Virus record (IMG/VR): IMGVR_UViG_3300046170_000494
Location: 32,001-96,000 of that record
Direction: 5' to 3' (one strand)
Length of the DNA stretch: 64,000 nt
Origin: a virus
Below are positions 6,529 to 16,091 of the stretch, one piece after another (the first letter of the stretch is position 1; every line of letters starts with the position of its first letter). A program made the translations under genes and the position numbers. The notes below the pieces were generated by a model. That model did not search any database and was not told the origin of the DNA. It saw only the letters and a program-made list of their open reading frames with translations.

Positions 6529-7809
6529 ATGGCCGATTCAAAGATATCAGATTTACCAGAAAGCTCAAATCCAAATCCATTATCAAAAGTAATTACTGCT
6601 TATAATGGACAAAATTATCAAGTGCCTTTAACATCTCTTGTTTCTAGTGCTAGTGCTCCTAAATTTGTGTTTTATTTAAATTCTTCGGGGACCGCAAACA
6701 ATAATAGTTCTTTTGAAGATTTGAATCTTCAGCCGGGCCAAAATGATTTTCAAATAGCGTCTACTCGATTTAATTCTTTTAAATTGTGTATGATATGGAT
6801 TCGGAATAATTTAGGTGCGGGCGGAGGACTTGTTCATATAATATTCGAAACAAATATCTCAGATACTCGGGGTTCTCAACCGATGTTTTCAGATGCAAAA
6901 ACAGATATCTATGTTTTTGGAAATAAAGTAGTGGGGGAATATTTCTCTCAAGGTGTTAATGGCTCTATACCATCTTCATCGAATAACCCTGGACCAAGGT
7001 TAACTTATACTCTTGACGGCACAGCGCATCAAAATACCCCTAACTTTATAGACTTTTGGTTCAATGGCAGAATAACTTTCTACGGTTTAAAATTTGATAT
7101 TAAAAATTTTAATAATCAAGGGCAATCCTTTGGTCTTTTCAGATTTTCTTATAGGAATGCATATAGTTTTTTTAATGGGGTTACGGTTAAAGTCGCAACG
7201 GGAAATAATAATACGAGCGTTCCGAGGGTTATTGAGGCAGATGGAGGAGCAATATTTTGCAGTTCAATCATAATAGGGTCGGGCTCAATCGATATTTTAG
7301 ACTCATTTTTTTCGGGTAATTCTAGATTAGCAGCTTTTGAATTTGAACTTGCTCAAGGAAGTGGCGTTGGCGATTTTTTCTCTGTAAATACAGGAGCGCT
7401 TGCGGGAGTAACTGAGTTTGGTTATATGCATTTTGGCGTTTCAAGTTATACAGCTAATGCTAGAATACATTTTATAAACAGTTGTACTATGTCGAACTTT
7501 GTTGCCATACAATCTGGATCTGAATTTTCAACAAATGGAATGTGTGTATCTAAAGCAAGTGGAGTGACTGTCAGTTCGGGTGATGCGATAGAGGCTAATG
7601 CATTTAACACTTTATTAATATCAAATTTTGCTGGATCACTTACAAGTACATCTACAACTACTAATAGTGGAGTGCAAAGACTGCCAGGAACAAGAAAATT
7701 TGGAAGTGGTAATACAGCGGGTCAAGACTATATTATATTCCCAGACGATTTTACTAATGTATCAAGCGGAAGTATTGTAACCGCTCCCCATGCACGTTAT
7801 ACCAGATAA
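6529..7809 (+). CDS. tail fibre/spike-like protein
   Basis: N-terminal KISDLP anchor motif; Gly/Ser/Asn-rich beta-type body. Confidence 0.65.
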   Translation: MADSKISDLPESSNPNPLSKVITAYNGQNYQVPLTSLVSSASAPKFVFYLNSSGTANNNSSFEDLNLQPGQNDFQIASTRFNSFKLCMIWIRNNLGAGGGLVHIIFETNISDTRGSQPMFSDAKTDIYVFGNKVVGEYFSQGVNGSIPSSSNNPGPRLTYTLDGTAHQNTPNFIDFWFNGRITFYGLKFDIKNFNNQGQSFGLFRFSYRNAYSFFNGVTVKVATGNNNTSVPRVIEADGGAIFCSSIIIGSGSIDILDSFFSGNSRLAAFEFELAQGSGVGDFFSVNTGALAGVTEFGYMHFGVSSYTANARIHFINSCTMSNFVAIQSGSEFSTNGMCVSKASGVTVSSGDAIEANAFNTLLISNFAGSLTSTSTTTNSGVQRLPGTRKFGSGNTAGQDYIIFPDDFTNVSSGSIVTAPHARYTR

Positions 7810-8018
7810 TGAATGAATTAAATATATATCACACATCATTCCTTCCTTCTAGGGAGGATACATATAAAAACCCAGTATATGACAAAAGCGGGAATCTCAT
7901 AAAAGCCACTAAATGCTGCACAAAAGAAGATATTACTCCAGGCCATAAAGATTGGGACAGCGCTGTAGAATTTATTAAAATTGGCTACCCCAAAGATATT
8001 TCCGAAAAAACAGAATAA
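7809..8018 (+). CDS. small protein coupled to the fibre gene (possible assembly chaperone)
   Basis: TAATG overlap with the preceding stop; 69 aa. Confidence 0.5.
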   Translation: MNELNIYHTSFLPSREDTYKNPVYDKSGNLIKATKCCTKEDITPGHKDWDSAVEFIKIGYPKDISEKTE

Positions 8019-8027
8019 TTTAATATC

Positions 8028-9407
8028 ATGGCTATTAAAATATCAGAATTAACCTCGCAAGCAAGACCTAATGCAAGTTCGGAAATTGCTATTGCATTTG
8101 GAGGATCAAGTTACAAAGTAAAAATTTCAGATTTACTAAACACAACTTCTGCAATATATACTTCAACAGTAGGATTTATTGGAGATTCTGGGAGTGGAGC
8201 TGTTGAAGGAGGTCAAATATATTTTGGTTTACCTGGTATTAGCCAAAGTGAGTTATCTTCAAATCCAGAAGGTAACGGTTGGAATATCGATTGTTTTAGA
8301 GATATAGATGGTGGATATGGATTTGGTGCTGGCGATAATACTTATTTGCGATTTTTCTCGCCTATGCAAAGATGGACTTCCACGGCAAGCGGACTCTTAG
8401 ACCCTATACTAATGACTCCAAGAGGAGGTCTATATGCCAATGGTTTTGTTAATCGAATGTATCATGATATAACTTATTCAAGGCGTAGCGTGATAGGTGG
8501 AGGTTCTGGCGCATCAAAGGGAGATGTTATCATGCAAGCAAATTTAGGACTCACTAATCTTAGTGAAGGCAATGCGATTAATGTAGTTTACGGCACAGGA
8601 AATCCTACATTTATATCGTACACCGGAGGAGCATCTGCGGGCATGCGTCTGTCAACGGTGTATAAACCTGACGGTTCCGAGACTAGCACCGCTATAAGAA
8701 ACACAGATATATTTAATGAAGGAAATTATGGAACTCTTCAAATTACAAAACCAGGAAAAACTTCAAATTCAACAATTCTTACTCTCACTCTAGATGGAAC
8801 ATTAAGCACTATTGGCGGAGGAACTTCTGACGAAAGAGTCAAAAAAGACATAGAATCTTTAAGTCAAGCTGAAAAAAATGTAGCTTTAAAAATAAAAGCT
8901 AATATGAAAAAATTCAGAAGAACTGATCAAATAGAAGAAGGCAAAAAACTTAAGATTGGTGCTATCGCACAAGAAGTTGAGCAATTTTTTAACGAAGAGG
9001 GTCTAGACTATAAAGATTATTCAATTATTCACACGGAAAAAAGGTATGCTTTATTTGAAGGAGACAAAATAATCAAACACGAGTTACCTTCCGACATTGA
9101 AAATACAGAAGTCGAAGAACAAAAATCTAAAACTAAAGTCATATTAAAAGATGGCACTGAATACATCGGCGATGTCACTTCCTGGTTCTCGGAGGAAGAA
9201 TGTGCAGAGTGCGTGAGCCGTGGTATGACAAGAGATGAGTATCTCAATACTAAGATTTGCATACATATTGATGAGGATAAATATGAAGTTATTGCGCGAG
9301 AAGATATCGCTTCACAAAAAATTCTTCCACCAAAAGGTTGGGTTGAAGTAGACTTTTTTAGAATAGATTACGATCAACTTTTGGCATTTATAATTTCAGC
9401 TTTATAA
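8028..9407 (+). CDS. tail fibre with C-terminal Peptidase S74 intramolecular chaperone
   Basis: KISEL N-terminus; TSDERVKKDI ... IGAIAQEV ... IDYDQL. Confidence 0.85.
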   Translation: MAIKISELTSQARPNASSEIAIAFGGSSYKVKISDLLNTTSAIYTSTVGFIGDSGSGAVEGGQIYFGLPGISQSELSSNPEGNGWNIDCFRDIDGGYGFGAGDNTYLRFFSPMQRWTSTASGLLDPILMTPRGGLYANGFVNRMYHDITYSRRSVIGGGSGASKGDVIMQANLGLTNLSEGNAINVVYGTGNPTFISYTGGASAGMRLSTVYKPDGSETSTAIRNTDIFNEGNYGTLQITKPGKTSNSTILTLTLDGTLSTIGGGTSDERVKKDIESLSQAEKNVALKIKANMKKFRRTDQIEEGKKLKIGAIAQEVEQFFNEEGLDYKDYSIIHTEKRYALFEGDKIIKHELPSDIENTEVEEQKSKTKVILKDGTEYIGDVTSWFSEEECAECVSRGMTRDEYLNTKICIHIDEDKYEVIAREDIASQKILPPKGWVEVDFFRIDYDQLLAFIISAL

Positions 9408-9411
9408 TATT

Positions 9412-10293
9412 ATGGGAACACCAATATCACAATTAACAAACGATGCAAGCCCTAATGTGAGTTCAGAAATTGCTATTGCATTTGGAGGATCAAATTACAA
9501 AGTAAAAATACAAGATCTATTTAAGGAGGCTGGAATATCAGTTTACCACCCTTTACCTGCCAATGGCATTATTTTCGACGTATCCGGCGGGACAGCTAAC
9601 TTTGCAGATTCTGCTCCTGGAGCTTCACACGCTATATATATTAGAAATACTAGCACAACAGGTCATTCTGCTATTCTTCAACTGATTGCACGCTCAGGGG
9701 GATCAGGGTACACCAAAAGCATGAATCTGGATCTATCTGCTGCACTAAATGTCTATCAGATGGTTTTTTGGGAAGGAGATCAGATTGGCGTAAGGTTACA
9801 AAATTCCACTGGTGGTGGTGGCGGTTCTTTTCATCCAGTAAAAGATAATAAAACAACTTTGGGCCTTTCAGGCGCAAGATGGTCTGTAGTGTATGCTGGA
9901 ACAGGGTCGATTAACACTTCTGACAAAAATTTAAAACAAGACATATCTTCCTTGGAGGACGCAGAAAAAAAGGTCGCATTTAAGCTAAAAGATATGGTTA
10001 AAAAATTCCGCTGGATTGAATCTGTAGAGAAAAAAGGAGAAAATGCTAGAATACATGTAGGCGTAATTGCTCAAGAAGTGCAAAAAGTTTTTGAGGATGA
10101 GGGTTTAGATGCTCATCGATATGCAATATTCTGTGAAGATACTTTTTGGGAAGGCGAAGAAGAGATGGGCGCAAAAGGACAAACACAAATGATGCCAGTT
10201 ACATCTGAAACGGAAAAAGAGGGTTACGAAAAAGTTACTAGATTAGGAATAAGGTACGATCAACTTTTGGCATTTATAATTTCAGCTTTGTAA
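9412..10293 (+). CDS. tail fibre with C-terminal Peptidase S74 intramolecular chaperone
   Basis: PISQL N-terminus; TSDKNLKQDI ... HVGVIAQEV ... IRYDQL. Confidence 0.85.
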   Translation: MGTPISQLTNDASPNVSSEIAIAFGGSNYKVKIQDLFKEAGISVYHPLPANGIIFDVSGGTANFADSAPGASHAIYIRNTSTTGHSAILQLIARSGGSGYTKSMNLDLSAALNVYQMVFWEGDQIGVRLQNSTGGGGGSFHPVKDNKTTLGLSGARWSVVYAGTGSINTSDKNLKQDISSLEDAEKKVAFKLKDMVKKFRWIESVEKKGENARIHVGVIAQEVQKVFEDEGLDAHRYAIFCEDTFWEGEEEMGAKGQTQMMPVTSETEKEGYEKVTRLGIRYDQLLAFIISAL

Positions 10294-10318
10294 GTTTTAT
10301 TTTCGTGTATTTTAATAC

Positions 10319-10630
10319 ATGAATTTAATTATAGAATCTTGCTTATCAGAACCTCCTAGTGAAATTTATTGTTTTCGCGATATTACATTGTATGCTCGCA
10401 CATATATTTTTGATGATATTTTATTAGAATGTCCACCAGGAACGCGCACTGCTTATTGGAATTGGTTGAAGCATTATGGCGCGCATGACTTTATATCTTA
10501 TCTTGTTCGAAATACTGAAAATGAAACTGGGTATACAATAAAAACGGCCAACGATGCTAATATCACCGTTGACCGTATTGACGTCAGAAATTTAAACGAT
10601 ATTATCCTTCGCCTGCAGGCTCTTCGCTAG
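10319..10630 (+). CDS. hypothetical protein
   Basis: 103 aa; GTGTA 14 nt upstream. Confidence 0.65.
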   Translation: MNLIIESCLSEPPSEIYCFRDITLYARTYIFDDILLECPPGTRTAYWNWLKHYGAHDFISYLVRNTENETGYTIKTANDANITVDRIDVRNLNDIILRLQALR

Positions 10631-10901
10631 GCTCTGGAGGAGGTTTATTAGCCTCTTCAAGGGCTGACTTAAACTGTTCCTCAGAGAAACCTTCAACTGT
10701 ATTTTTAGAGCGGTTAATGGCTTGCGTTTGAAGAAGCTGAATTAACGTATTGACTGGAACGCCAGATAGTAAGTCTACCATGGTAGCGTTTTTTAAGTAA
10801 TCATTAGCAATGAATGTTACCACTTTTTCCATATCTTCATCAGAAGGAATATGCGCGTTATCATTTTTTGTTTCAGTTTGTTCTGCTGTTGCTGTTGTCA
10901 T
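10602..10901 (-). CDS. hypothetical acidic protein
   Basis: 99 aa with protein-like composition; convergent overlap with 10319-10630. Confidence 0.6.
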   Translation of the reverse strand: MTTATAEQTETKNDNAHIPSDEDMEKVVTFIANDYLKNATMVDLLSGVPVNTLIQLLQTQAINRSKNTVEGFSEEQFKSALEEANKPPPEPSEEPAGEG

Positions 10902-10907
10902 AATATA

Positions 10908-11114
10908 TTATTGTTGATTAAATTGATTATTATATAATTGTTGATTGTTATTTCTATAAATTTGTTTAGTAAATAAATTATGAAATATTACTTGTTGTTG
11001 TAGTGTTCTTATTTCTTTATTTTGCTGATTCACCAATTCATTCTGATCCCATGCAAACCACATCATAAAAAATAAAGCCAATAGTAAACTCACGATAGTT
11101 AAATGATCATTCAT
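10908..11114 (-). CDS. small membrane-anchored protein
   Basis: N-terminal hydrophobic helix plus Gln/Asn-rich tail; TACTAT -10 ends 7 nt before the ATG. Confidence 0.55.
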   Translation of the reverse strand: MNDHLTIVSLLLALFFMMWFAWDQNELVNQQNKEIRTLQQQVIFHNLFTKQIYRNNNQQLYNNQFNQQ

Positions 11115-11255
11115 TAGTATATAGTAATATAATATATTTAAAAGTAAAGTGTTTTTTAATTTAAAATTGTTTATTATAAATTATAATGAATATTATGGAA
11201 TGCAGAGAGGTTCTGCAGGAATCTATATAGAAACTTTTAGTGTAAATATATTTTA

Positions 11256-11738
11256 ATGTCTAATAAAAAAATAAGTGAAATTCCAGAAATTACAAATAGC
11301 GCTTTTTCTGCGTTCGGTCATCAGTATTATGTGATGGTTGAGAAAGCTGATGGAACGCTTTATAAAATGCTAGCAAATGAGGCTTTGAAACCTGCAGAAA
11401 GTTTAAGTAGTTTTGTATTTTTAGATGGACATAAAAAAATTCATACTTTTGGAAGCGATATTTCAACTGGTGGAGTCATCACTAATACAGTAAATTTATC
11501 TCAACATGGAGTACCTCAAGGTGCAACTACCGCAATTATTTCTGTAAAAATAACTGGAGGTAATTACCCCTCTTACAGCCTTAACTTTAATGGAGTAGAT
11601 GTAATAAGGTGGCATGGGGTAGGTCACCATTGGACTCAGCAATACACCGTTCCAATCAGCAACTCAAAGCTTGAAATAAAACTTTTGGCGAAAAATGTGA
11701 AAAACACTATAGAAATTTTTCTTAACGGATATGGCTAA
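11256..11738 (+). CDS. short fibre-like paralogue 1
   Basis: KKISEIP anchor; LSxxGVPxxA module shared with the next two genes. Confidence 0.65.
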   Translation: MSNKKISEIPEITNSAFSAFGHQYYVMVEKADGTLYKMLANEALKPAESLSSFVFLDGHKKIHTFGSDISTGGVITNTVNLSQHGVPQGATTAIISVKITGGNYPSYSLNFNGVDVIRWHGVGHHWTQQYTVPISNSKLEIKLLAKNVKNTIEIFLNGYG

Positions 11739-12261
11739 TAAAAAAATATCTGATTTACCTCAAATCTCTTCAAATTCTTTTGATGCAGATGAAGATTATC
11801 TACTTGTGCAGAGAAATTTATCGAACGCTCCTACGTTTAGGGCTAATGTTTCTTATGCAACTGCAAGCGCTCAATCTTCTAAAAAAATAACACTATTTGA
11901 CGGGAAGAAAAGCATTTTCGACATGCCAAATATTGGCCACGCTTCAAATTCATATAACCCCCCGGCGGAAAATAGGCAAAGAGATGTTTATGATTTAAGT
12001 CTATTGGGAGTCCCAAAAACAGCTTCTGCGGCTTATGTTAGTTTTGATCATCACGGCAGTGGTTGGCCTGCTTTAGTTTTTAACTATTACAATAATGCAA
12101 CCACTTCTCAATCTCATAGATTTGAATATTGGTATAAGAGGGGTATAATGAGCAATCATACCTTGTGGATGCCTTTAGACAACGCCAAGCTTCATATTCA
12201 ATGGGTATGGGTTTATTTTTATACTGCTTCGTGTAGTTTTTATCTTCACGGTTACGTGTAA
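11731..12261 (+). CDS. short fibre-like paralogue 2
   Basis: KKISDLP anchor; LSLLGVPKTA. Confidence 0.65.
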   Translation: MANKKISDLPQISSNSFDADEDYLLVQRNLSNAPTFRANVSYATASAQSSKKITLFDGKKSIFDMPNIGHASNSYNPPAENRQRDVYDLSLLGVPKTASAAYVSFDHHGSGWPALVFNYYNNATTSQSHRFEYWYKRGIMSNHTLWMPLDNAKLHIQWVWVYFYTASCSFYLHGYV

Positions 12262-12782
12262 TGAGTAAAAAAATAGAAGAATTACCTACCTTAGATCCCG
12301 CCGATTATAATCCGGAGGAGGATTTAATCTTAATAGAAAAAAGTTCAGGAGGCACTTTCTGTACTACAAGTCAAGCAATTTTTAAATCACAACGCTCTGA
12401 ACAATCAAGTTTTATAAATTTTTTCAAAAATCCAAAAACTTTAGCTACAATTGCTGCAGAAGATGTATCTAATCAATCAAAACAATATAATGTCCAAAGC
12501 TCTGGAGTTCCGTCTACGGCGAAATATGTATTAATTCATTTTGTTGAAACCTCAATTAATCGAGATTCAAGCCCAAAATACCTTGTATTCAGCGCTGACG
12601 CAATAAGTGATAACTTCTATTACAGAAGAACTTATCACCCAAACCCTAGTAAATCTAACAACTCTCCTCATAGGTGGACAGATACTCACTGGTTTCATAT
12701 ACAATCAGATGGAACAATTAAAATTAGCTATCACGACTGTAGGCATTTTACAATTGACATTGAATTAATTGCTTACTCATAA
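12261..12782 (+). CDS. short fibre-like paralogue 3
   Basis: KKIEELP anchor; VQSSGVPSTA. Confidence 0.65.
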   Translation: MSKKIEELPTLDPADYNPEEDLILIEKSSGGTFCTTSQAIFKSQRSEQSSFINFFKNPKTLATIAAEDVSNQSKQYNVQSSGVPSTAKYVLIHFVETSINRDSSPKYLVFSADAISDNFYYRRTYHPNPSKSNNSPHRWTDTHWFHIQSDGTIKISYHDCRHFTIDIELIAYS

Positions 12783-12934
12783 TGCCTTTACCAAAAAAAA
12801 ATTCCAAAGAAAAAAATAGCGATTTTATGAATCGTTGCATGAGTGACCCGTCCATCAAAAAAGAATTTAAGGAAATAAAACAAAGAGCCGCAGTTTGCTA
12901 TAGCAAAATAACTCGAAAGAGTAAAAAGTCTTGA
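12782..12934 (+). CDS. 50 aa basic protein with FxxRC...R.AVC motif
   Basis: MPLPKKNSKEKNSDFMNRCMSDPSIKKEFKEIKQRAAVCYSKITRKSKKS; TAATG overlap with the previous gene; absent from the ORF track. Confidence 0.7.
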   Translation: MPLPKKNSKEKNSDFMNRCMSDPSIKKEFKEIKQRAAVCYSKITRKSKKS

Positions 12935-12959
12935 CTTTATAAATAAAATCTGAGATAAT
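12931..12959 (+). promoter_or_regulatory. sigma70-type leaderless promoter
   Basis: TTGACT(12931-36)-N17-GATAAT(12954-59); ATG at 12966. Confidence 0.7.
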
Positions 12960-12965
12960 TCCAGT

Positions 12966-14543
12966 ATGAAATATTGGATATTATTTTTATTAGTTTTAGT
13001 TAACGTTTATTCTATTGAATTTGAAGTAATTCAAGAAACAGGTGATTCTAGAAATAGATACGACTTAGTTTTTATTGGAGATAGATATTTTGAGGGTGAA
13101 ATGCAAGAATATGCAGAAGATGTTAATGATATTTGGTTTGGTTTAATTAAAGACTACGCATTCTGGAATAGGTATAAAAACTTTTTTAATGTATATAGGT
13201 TGGATGCTATAAGTGTCGAAAATAACCCTGAAGAAATAAGAGACCCGGTCAATTCCTATTTAGGGCTAGACTTTATTAAAGGGGTTAGACCTGGGTGGTC
13301 GCAAATGTGGAATAGAAATTTAGAGTTATTTAAAAAATTAGGGGTGGGTCATGATTCAACGATTGTATTGACTAACAGATGGTATAATCTGGGGACAGCT
13401 TTGATGCACCCCGGGCAAGATCATATTGGCATAGGAATTTCAGTTTCTTCTGCAAAATTATCTATTGTTAATCATGAAATGGGGCATATATTGTCACTTG
13501 CTGCAGACGAATATCTTAACCAAGCAAACTTTTTAACCCTGAGGGCTCCTAACTTTGCTAAAACAGCGGAGATAGGTTATGAAAAATGGGGTCATTGGAT
13601 TGGTTATACTGATCCTTATACTAAGTTCGAAATAAAAGAACCTTTTAAGCGAAAAGGTACTAACTATTTTGTGCCAACAGAATCAAACGGTATAATGCAT
13701 CATGATAATACTGGAGATTTTCATGCAGTTAATAGAGAAAAAATGATATTAGCAATGTACAATTGGTTAAATCCAATTGATAGTTTTACAGAAAATAATA
13801 CAACAATTACAAGTGATAAGATTTTAGAAATAAATGTTATTGATCCAGAAGTGATTTCGGTTGCTTGGATTTTAGATGATCAAATTATTTCTAGATCAAA
13901 TACTCTAGAATTAGATGTATTTAATATTAAAGAGGGTTCAATAATTTACGGCTGCGCTTGGGATACGGCTCTCAACTCTGATTACAAAACAAATGATCGC
14001 GGAGGTTGGGTAAGAAAGGATGATGACAATTTAACTTACCAAATTATTTCTTGGGAAATATCTGGTCAAAAAAAGCAATATTCGGGAAGCGAAAATCCTA
14101 ACATATTAAAAATATTATTAGACAATACTCTTAAAACAGAATTTAAAAAAGCTGACATCCCCAATAATGAAGTTTCAAACAATAACAACATCGAGCAAGT
14201 TCAAACAGAAGAATCAAAAGTTTTAATTCAAAGTGAAATAGAAGAATTAAAAGTTCAAATCGAAAGTGAAAATGAAAAGTTTATTAGTTCTAGATTTCAC
14301 AATGACCTAATCAAGATTAATGAAAATAACTGGGTAGACGCAGGTTTTTTTGGGATTTTGCGTGTTTTTGATAACGGCTGGGGTTACCATGTCAATCACG
14401 GCTGGATATATATCGCAGAAGATACCGAAGATTTTTCTTTATGGTTCTGGAGTGAATCTATGAAAGACTGGATGTGGACAACTGAAGAATTTCCTTCTTA
14501 TTTTTATTCCAACAATCTAGGGGATTGGATTTATATTAATTAG
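12966..14543 (+). CDS. secreted M64-family (IgA-peptidase-like) metalloprotease with Trp/Tyr-rich C-terminal module
   Basis: Signal peptide; RYDLVFIGDRY, RYKNFFNVY, HEMGHILSLAADEY (HExxH...DEY). Confidence 0.8.
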   Translation: MKYWILFLLVLVNVYSIEFEVIQETGDSRNRYDLVFIGDRYFEGEMQEYAEDVNDIWFGLIKDYAFWNRYKNFFNVYRLDAISVENNPEEIRDPVNSYLGLDFIKGVRPGWSQMWNRNLELFKKLGVGHDSTIVLTNRWYNLGTALMHPGQDHIGIGISVSSAKLSIVNHEMGHILSLAADEYLNQANFLTLRAPNFAKTAEIGYEKWGHWIGYTDPYTKFEIKEPFKRKGTNYFVPTESNGIMHHDNTGDFHAVNREKMILAMYNWLNPIDSFTENNTTITSDKILEINVIDPEVISVAWILDDQIISRSNTLELDVFNIKEGSIIYGCAWDTALNSDYKTNDRGGWVRKDDDNLTYQIISWEISGQKKQYSGSENPNILKILLDNTLKTEFKKADIPNNEVSNNNNIEQVQTEESKVLIQSEIEELKVQIESENEKFISSRFHNDLIKINENNWVDAGFFGILRVFDNGWGYHVNHGWIYIAEDTEDFSLWFWSESMKDWMWTTEEFPSYFYSNNLGDWIYIN

Positions 14544-14733
14544 TATTTTTTTTAGATTTAATTCTTTTAATTTCTTCTGGCAAAATTTTAATCACTTTTT
14601 CAGGCTGATTACCCATCATTAATTCTGCGGGAGTAGAGCCATTTAGTCTATCATTCTCTGTTTTTAACCACCTAGTAGATTGATAAGAATTTAAATTTTT
14701 GCTTAATATTTCGAGTATAGACTTTTGAGACAT
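14536..14733 (-). CDS. stand-alone Xre/MbcA/ParS-type antitoxin C-terminal domain
   Basis: WLKTENDRLNGSTPAELM matches the W-L-x-x-x-N-x-x-L-x-G-x-x-P-x-x-L signature. Confidence 0.75.
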   Translation of the reverse strand: MSQKSILEILSKNLNSYQSTRWLKTENDRLNGSTPAELMMGNQPEKVIKILPEEIKRIKSKKNTN

Positions 14734-14761
14734 ATAACATATTACACTTTTTTTTATTAAA

Positions 14762-15370
14762 TTAAATTACAATGTATTTTATATGTTCTTGATTTGGATA
14801 TTGTTCCAGTAAAACATGCTTACCTGTTTGAGGTTCGAATATATACCATCCTTGTGTTGTGAAGACAATATTTAATGCATGTAAACCTCCCGCGGGTATT
14901 CCGCCGAATTCTTTTACTTGATTTACGATCACTAAACCCACCGCAGGCTCTACTTTATCGTTGCTTTTGTAGCTTGATATAGAAAATAATGATTTATATA
15001 ACATCGCAAAATTATCACAATCATTGCTTTCTCCTTGATCAATCGGTAATATTCCGTTTTCAAATTTCAACTTTTGAAACCAATTATTAAACTTTTTATA
15101 CAAAAAGAAATCGACATATCTATATTTTGAGTCCAATCTTAAAAACTGTAAATTTTTTGGGGTATATATTTTTACATTATTAAATCCTCTTCCGTATGCA
15201 AAATGATATGCAAAGTCTCTGTTATCTAGGAAAGAATCTCTTTTTTCTTCTGTGGTTGGAATTGATTTAATTTCCTTTAAATCTGTTTCGATGCAAGAAC
15301 TTAATAGCCAAGTAGATAATACAACGCCAGAAAATACCGCAAGGCACGATACGCAAAATTTATTTTTCAT
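14762..15370 (-). CDS. lipoprotein with papain/transglutaminase-like cysteine protease fold
   Basis: Lipobox LSSC; DCDNFA, HALN and EPQ give a Cys-His-Glu triad pattern. Confidence 0.65.
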   Translation of the reverse strand: MKNKFCVSCLAVFSGVVLSTWLLSSCIETDLKEIKSIPTTEEKRDSFLDNRDFAYHFAYGRGFNNVKIYTPKNLQFLRLDSKYRYVDFFLYKKFNNWFQKLKFENGILPIDQGESNDCDNFAMLYKSLFSISSYKSNDKVEPAVGLVIVNQVKEFGGIPAGGLHALNIVFTTQGWYIFEPQTGKHVLLEQYPNQEHIKYIVI

Positions 15371-15411
15371 TGTAGTATAATATACACTGAAATACTGGTG
15401 TATATAAATAT

Positions 15412-15846
15412 ATGGGTCCTATATTGAATACTATAATTGGAGCAGGAATTAAACTAGCATGTAATTTAATCAATGCGTGGCTCGACCAAAAAAGGCAGGA
15501 TCAATTAGCTTTAGCTTCAAGAGATGAAAAAATGATGCAAGCTTTAATAGATAGCCAAAATGAAAATTCTAAAGATCCTTTTGTCAAAGTTACAAGAAGA
15601 ATACTATTTATGAGTATTACATTTACTATGTGTTTTTTAATGATTTATTATGCAATGAATCCTCATATATCATACGATCTAATCGTACCTAAGGGAGATG
15701 GATCAAGGTTCGGTTTTTTTGGTTGGATTTTTGGAGCTAAGGATTGGGAGCTAGTAAAAATGACTGGAGGTCTAATGCTAGCATCGTTTATGGATTTATG
15801 TTTTATGGTGGTGGGATTTTATGCAATACCGAGTAAAAGAAGATGA
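15412..15846 (+). CDS. membrane protein, holin-like
   Basis: Several hydrophobic segments and a basic C-terminus (SKRR). Confidence 0.5.
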   Translation: MGPILNTIIGAGIKLACNLINAWLDQKRQDQLALASRDEKMMQALIDSQNENSKDPFVKVTRRILFMSITFTMCFLMIYYAMNPHISYDLIVPKGDGSRFGFFGWIFGAKDWELVKMTGGLMLASFMDLCFMVVGFYAIPSKRR

Positions 15847-16091
15847 ATAATTTTATTCTACCTATTTTACTTTTTTTATCTGGTTGTGCATCAAAAAACA
15901 ATCAAAATAAAAAACCTACAGAAAGTTTTGATAAGTTAGATCAAAATAGAGATGAAATAATAACTATCGACGAATATAGTAGAGCCATAATAGATAATTA
16001 CGATTATACTGGCCCTTTATTTTGGTTGGGGGTAATTCTTGGTGTAGTATTTTTTATAAATTTAGTTGTATCATATATTTCAAGAAAATGA
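15843..16091 (+). CDS. lipoprotein with EF-hand-like loop and C-terminal TM helix (u-spanin-like layout)
   Basis: Lipobox LSGC; DQNRDEIITIDE; C-terminal PLFWLGVILGVVFFINLVV. Confidence 0.55.
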   Translation: MNNFILPILLFLSGCASKNNQNKKPTESFDKLDQNRDEIITIDEYSRAIIDNYDYTGPLFWLGVILGVVFFINLVVSYISRK

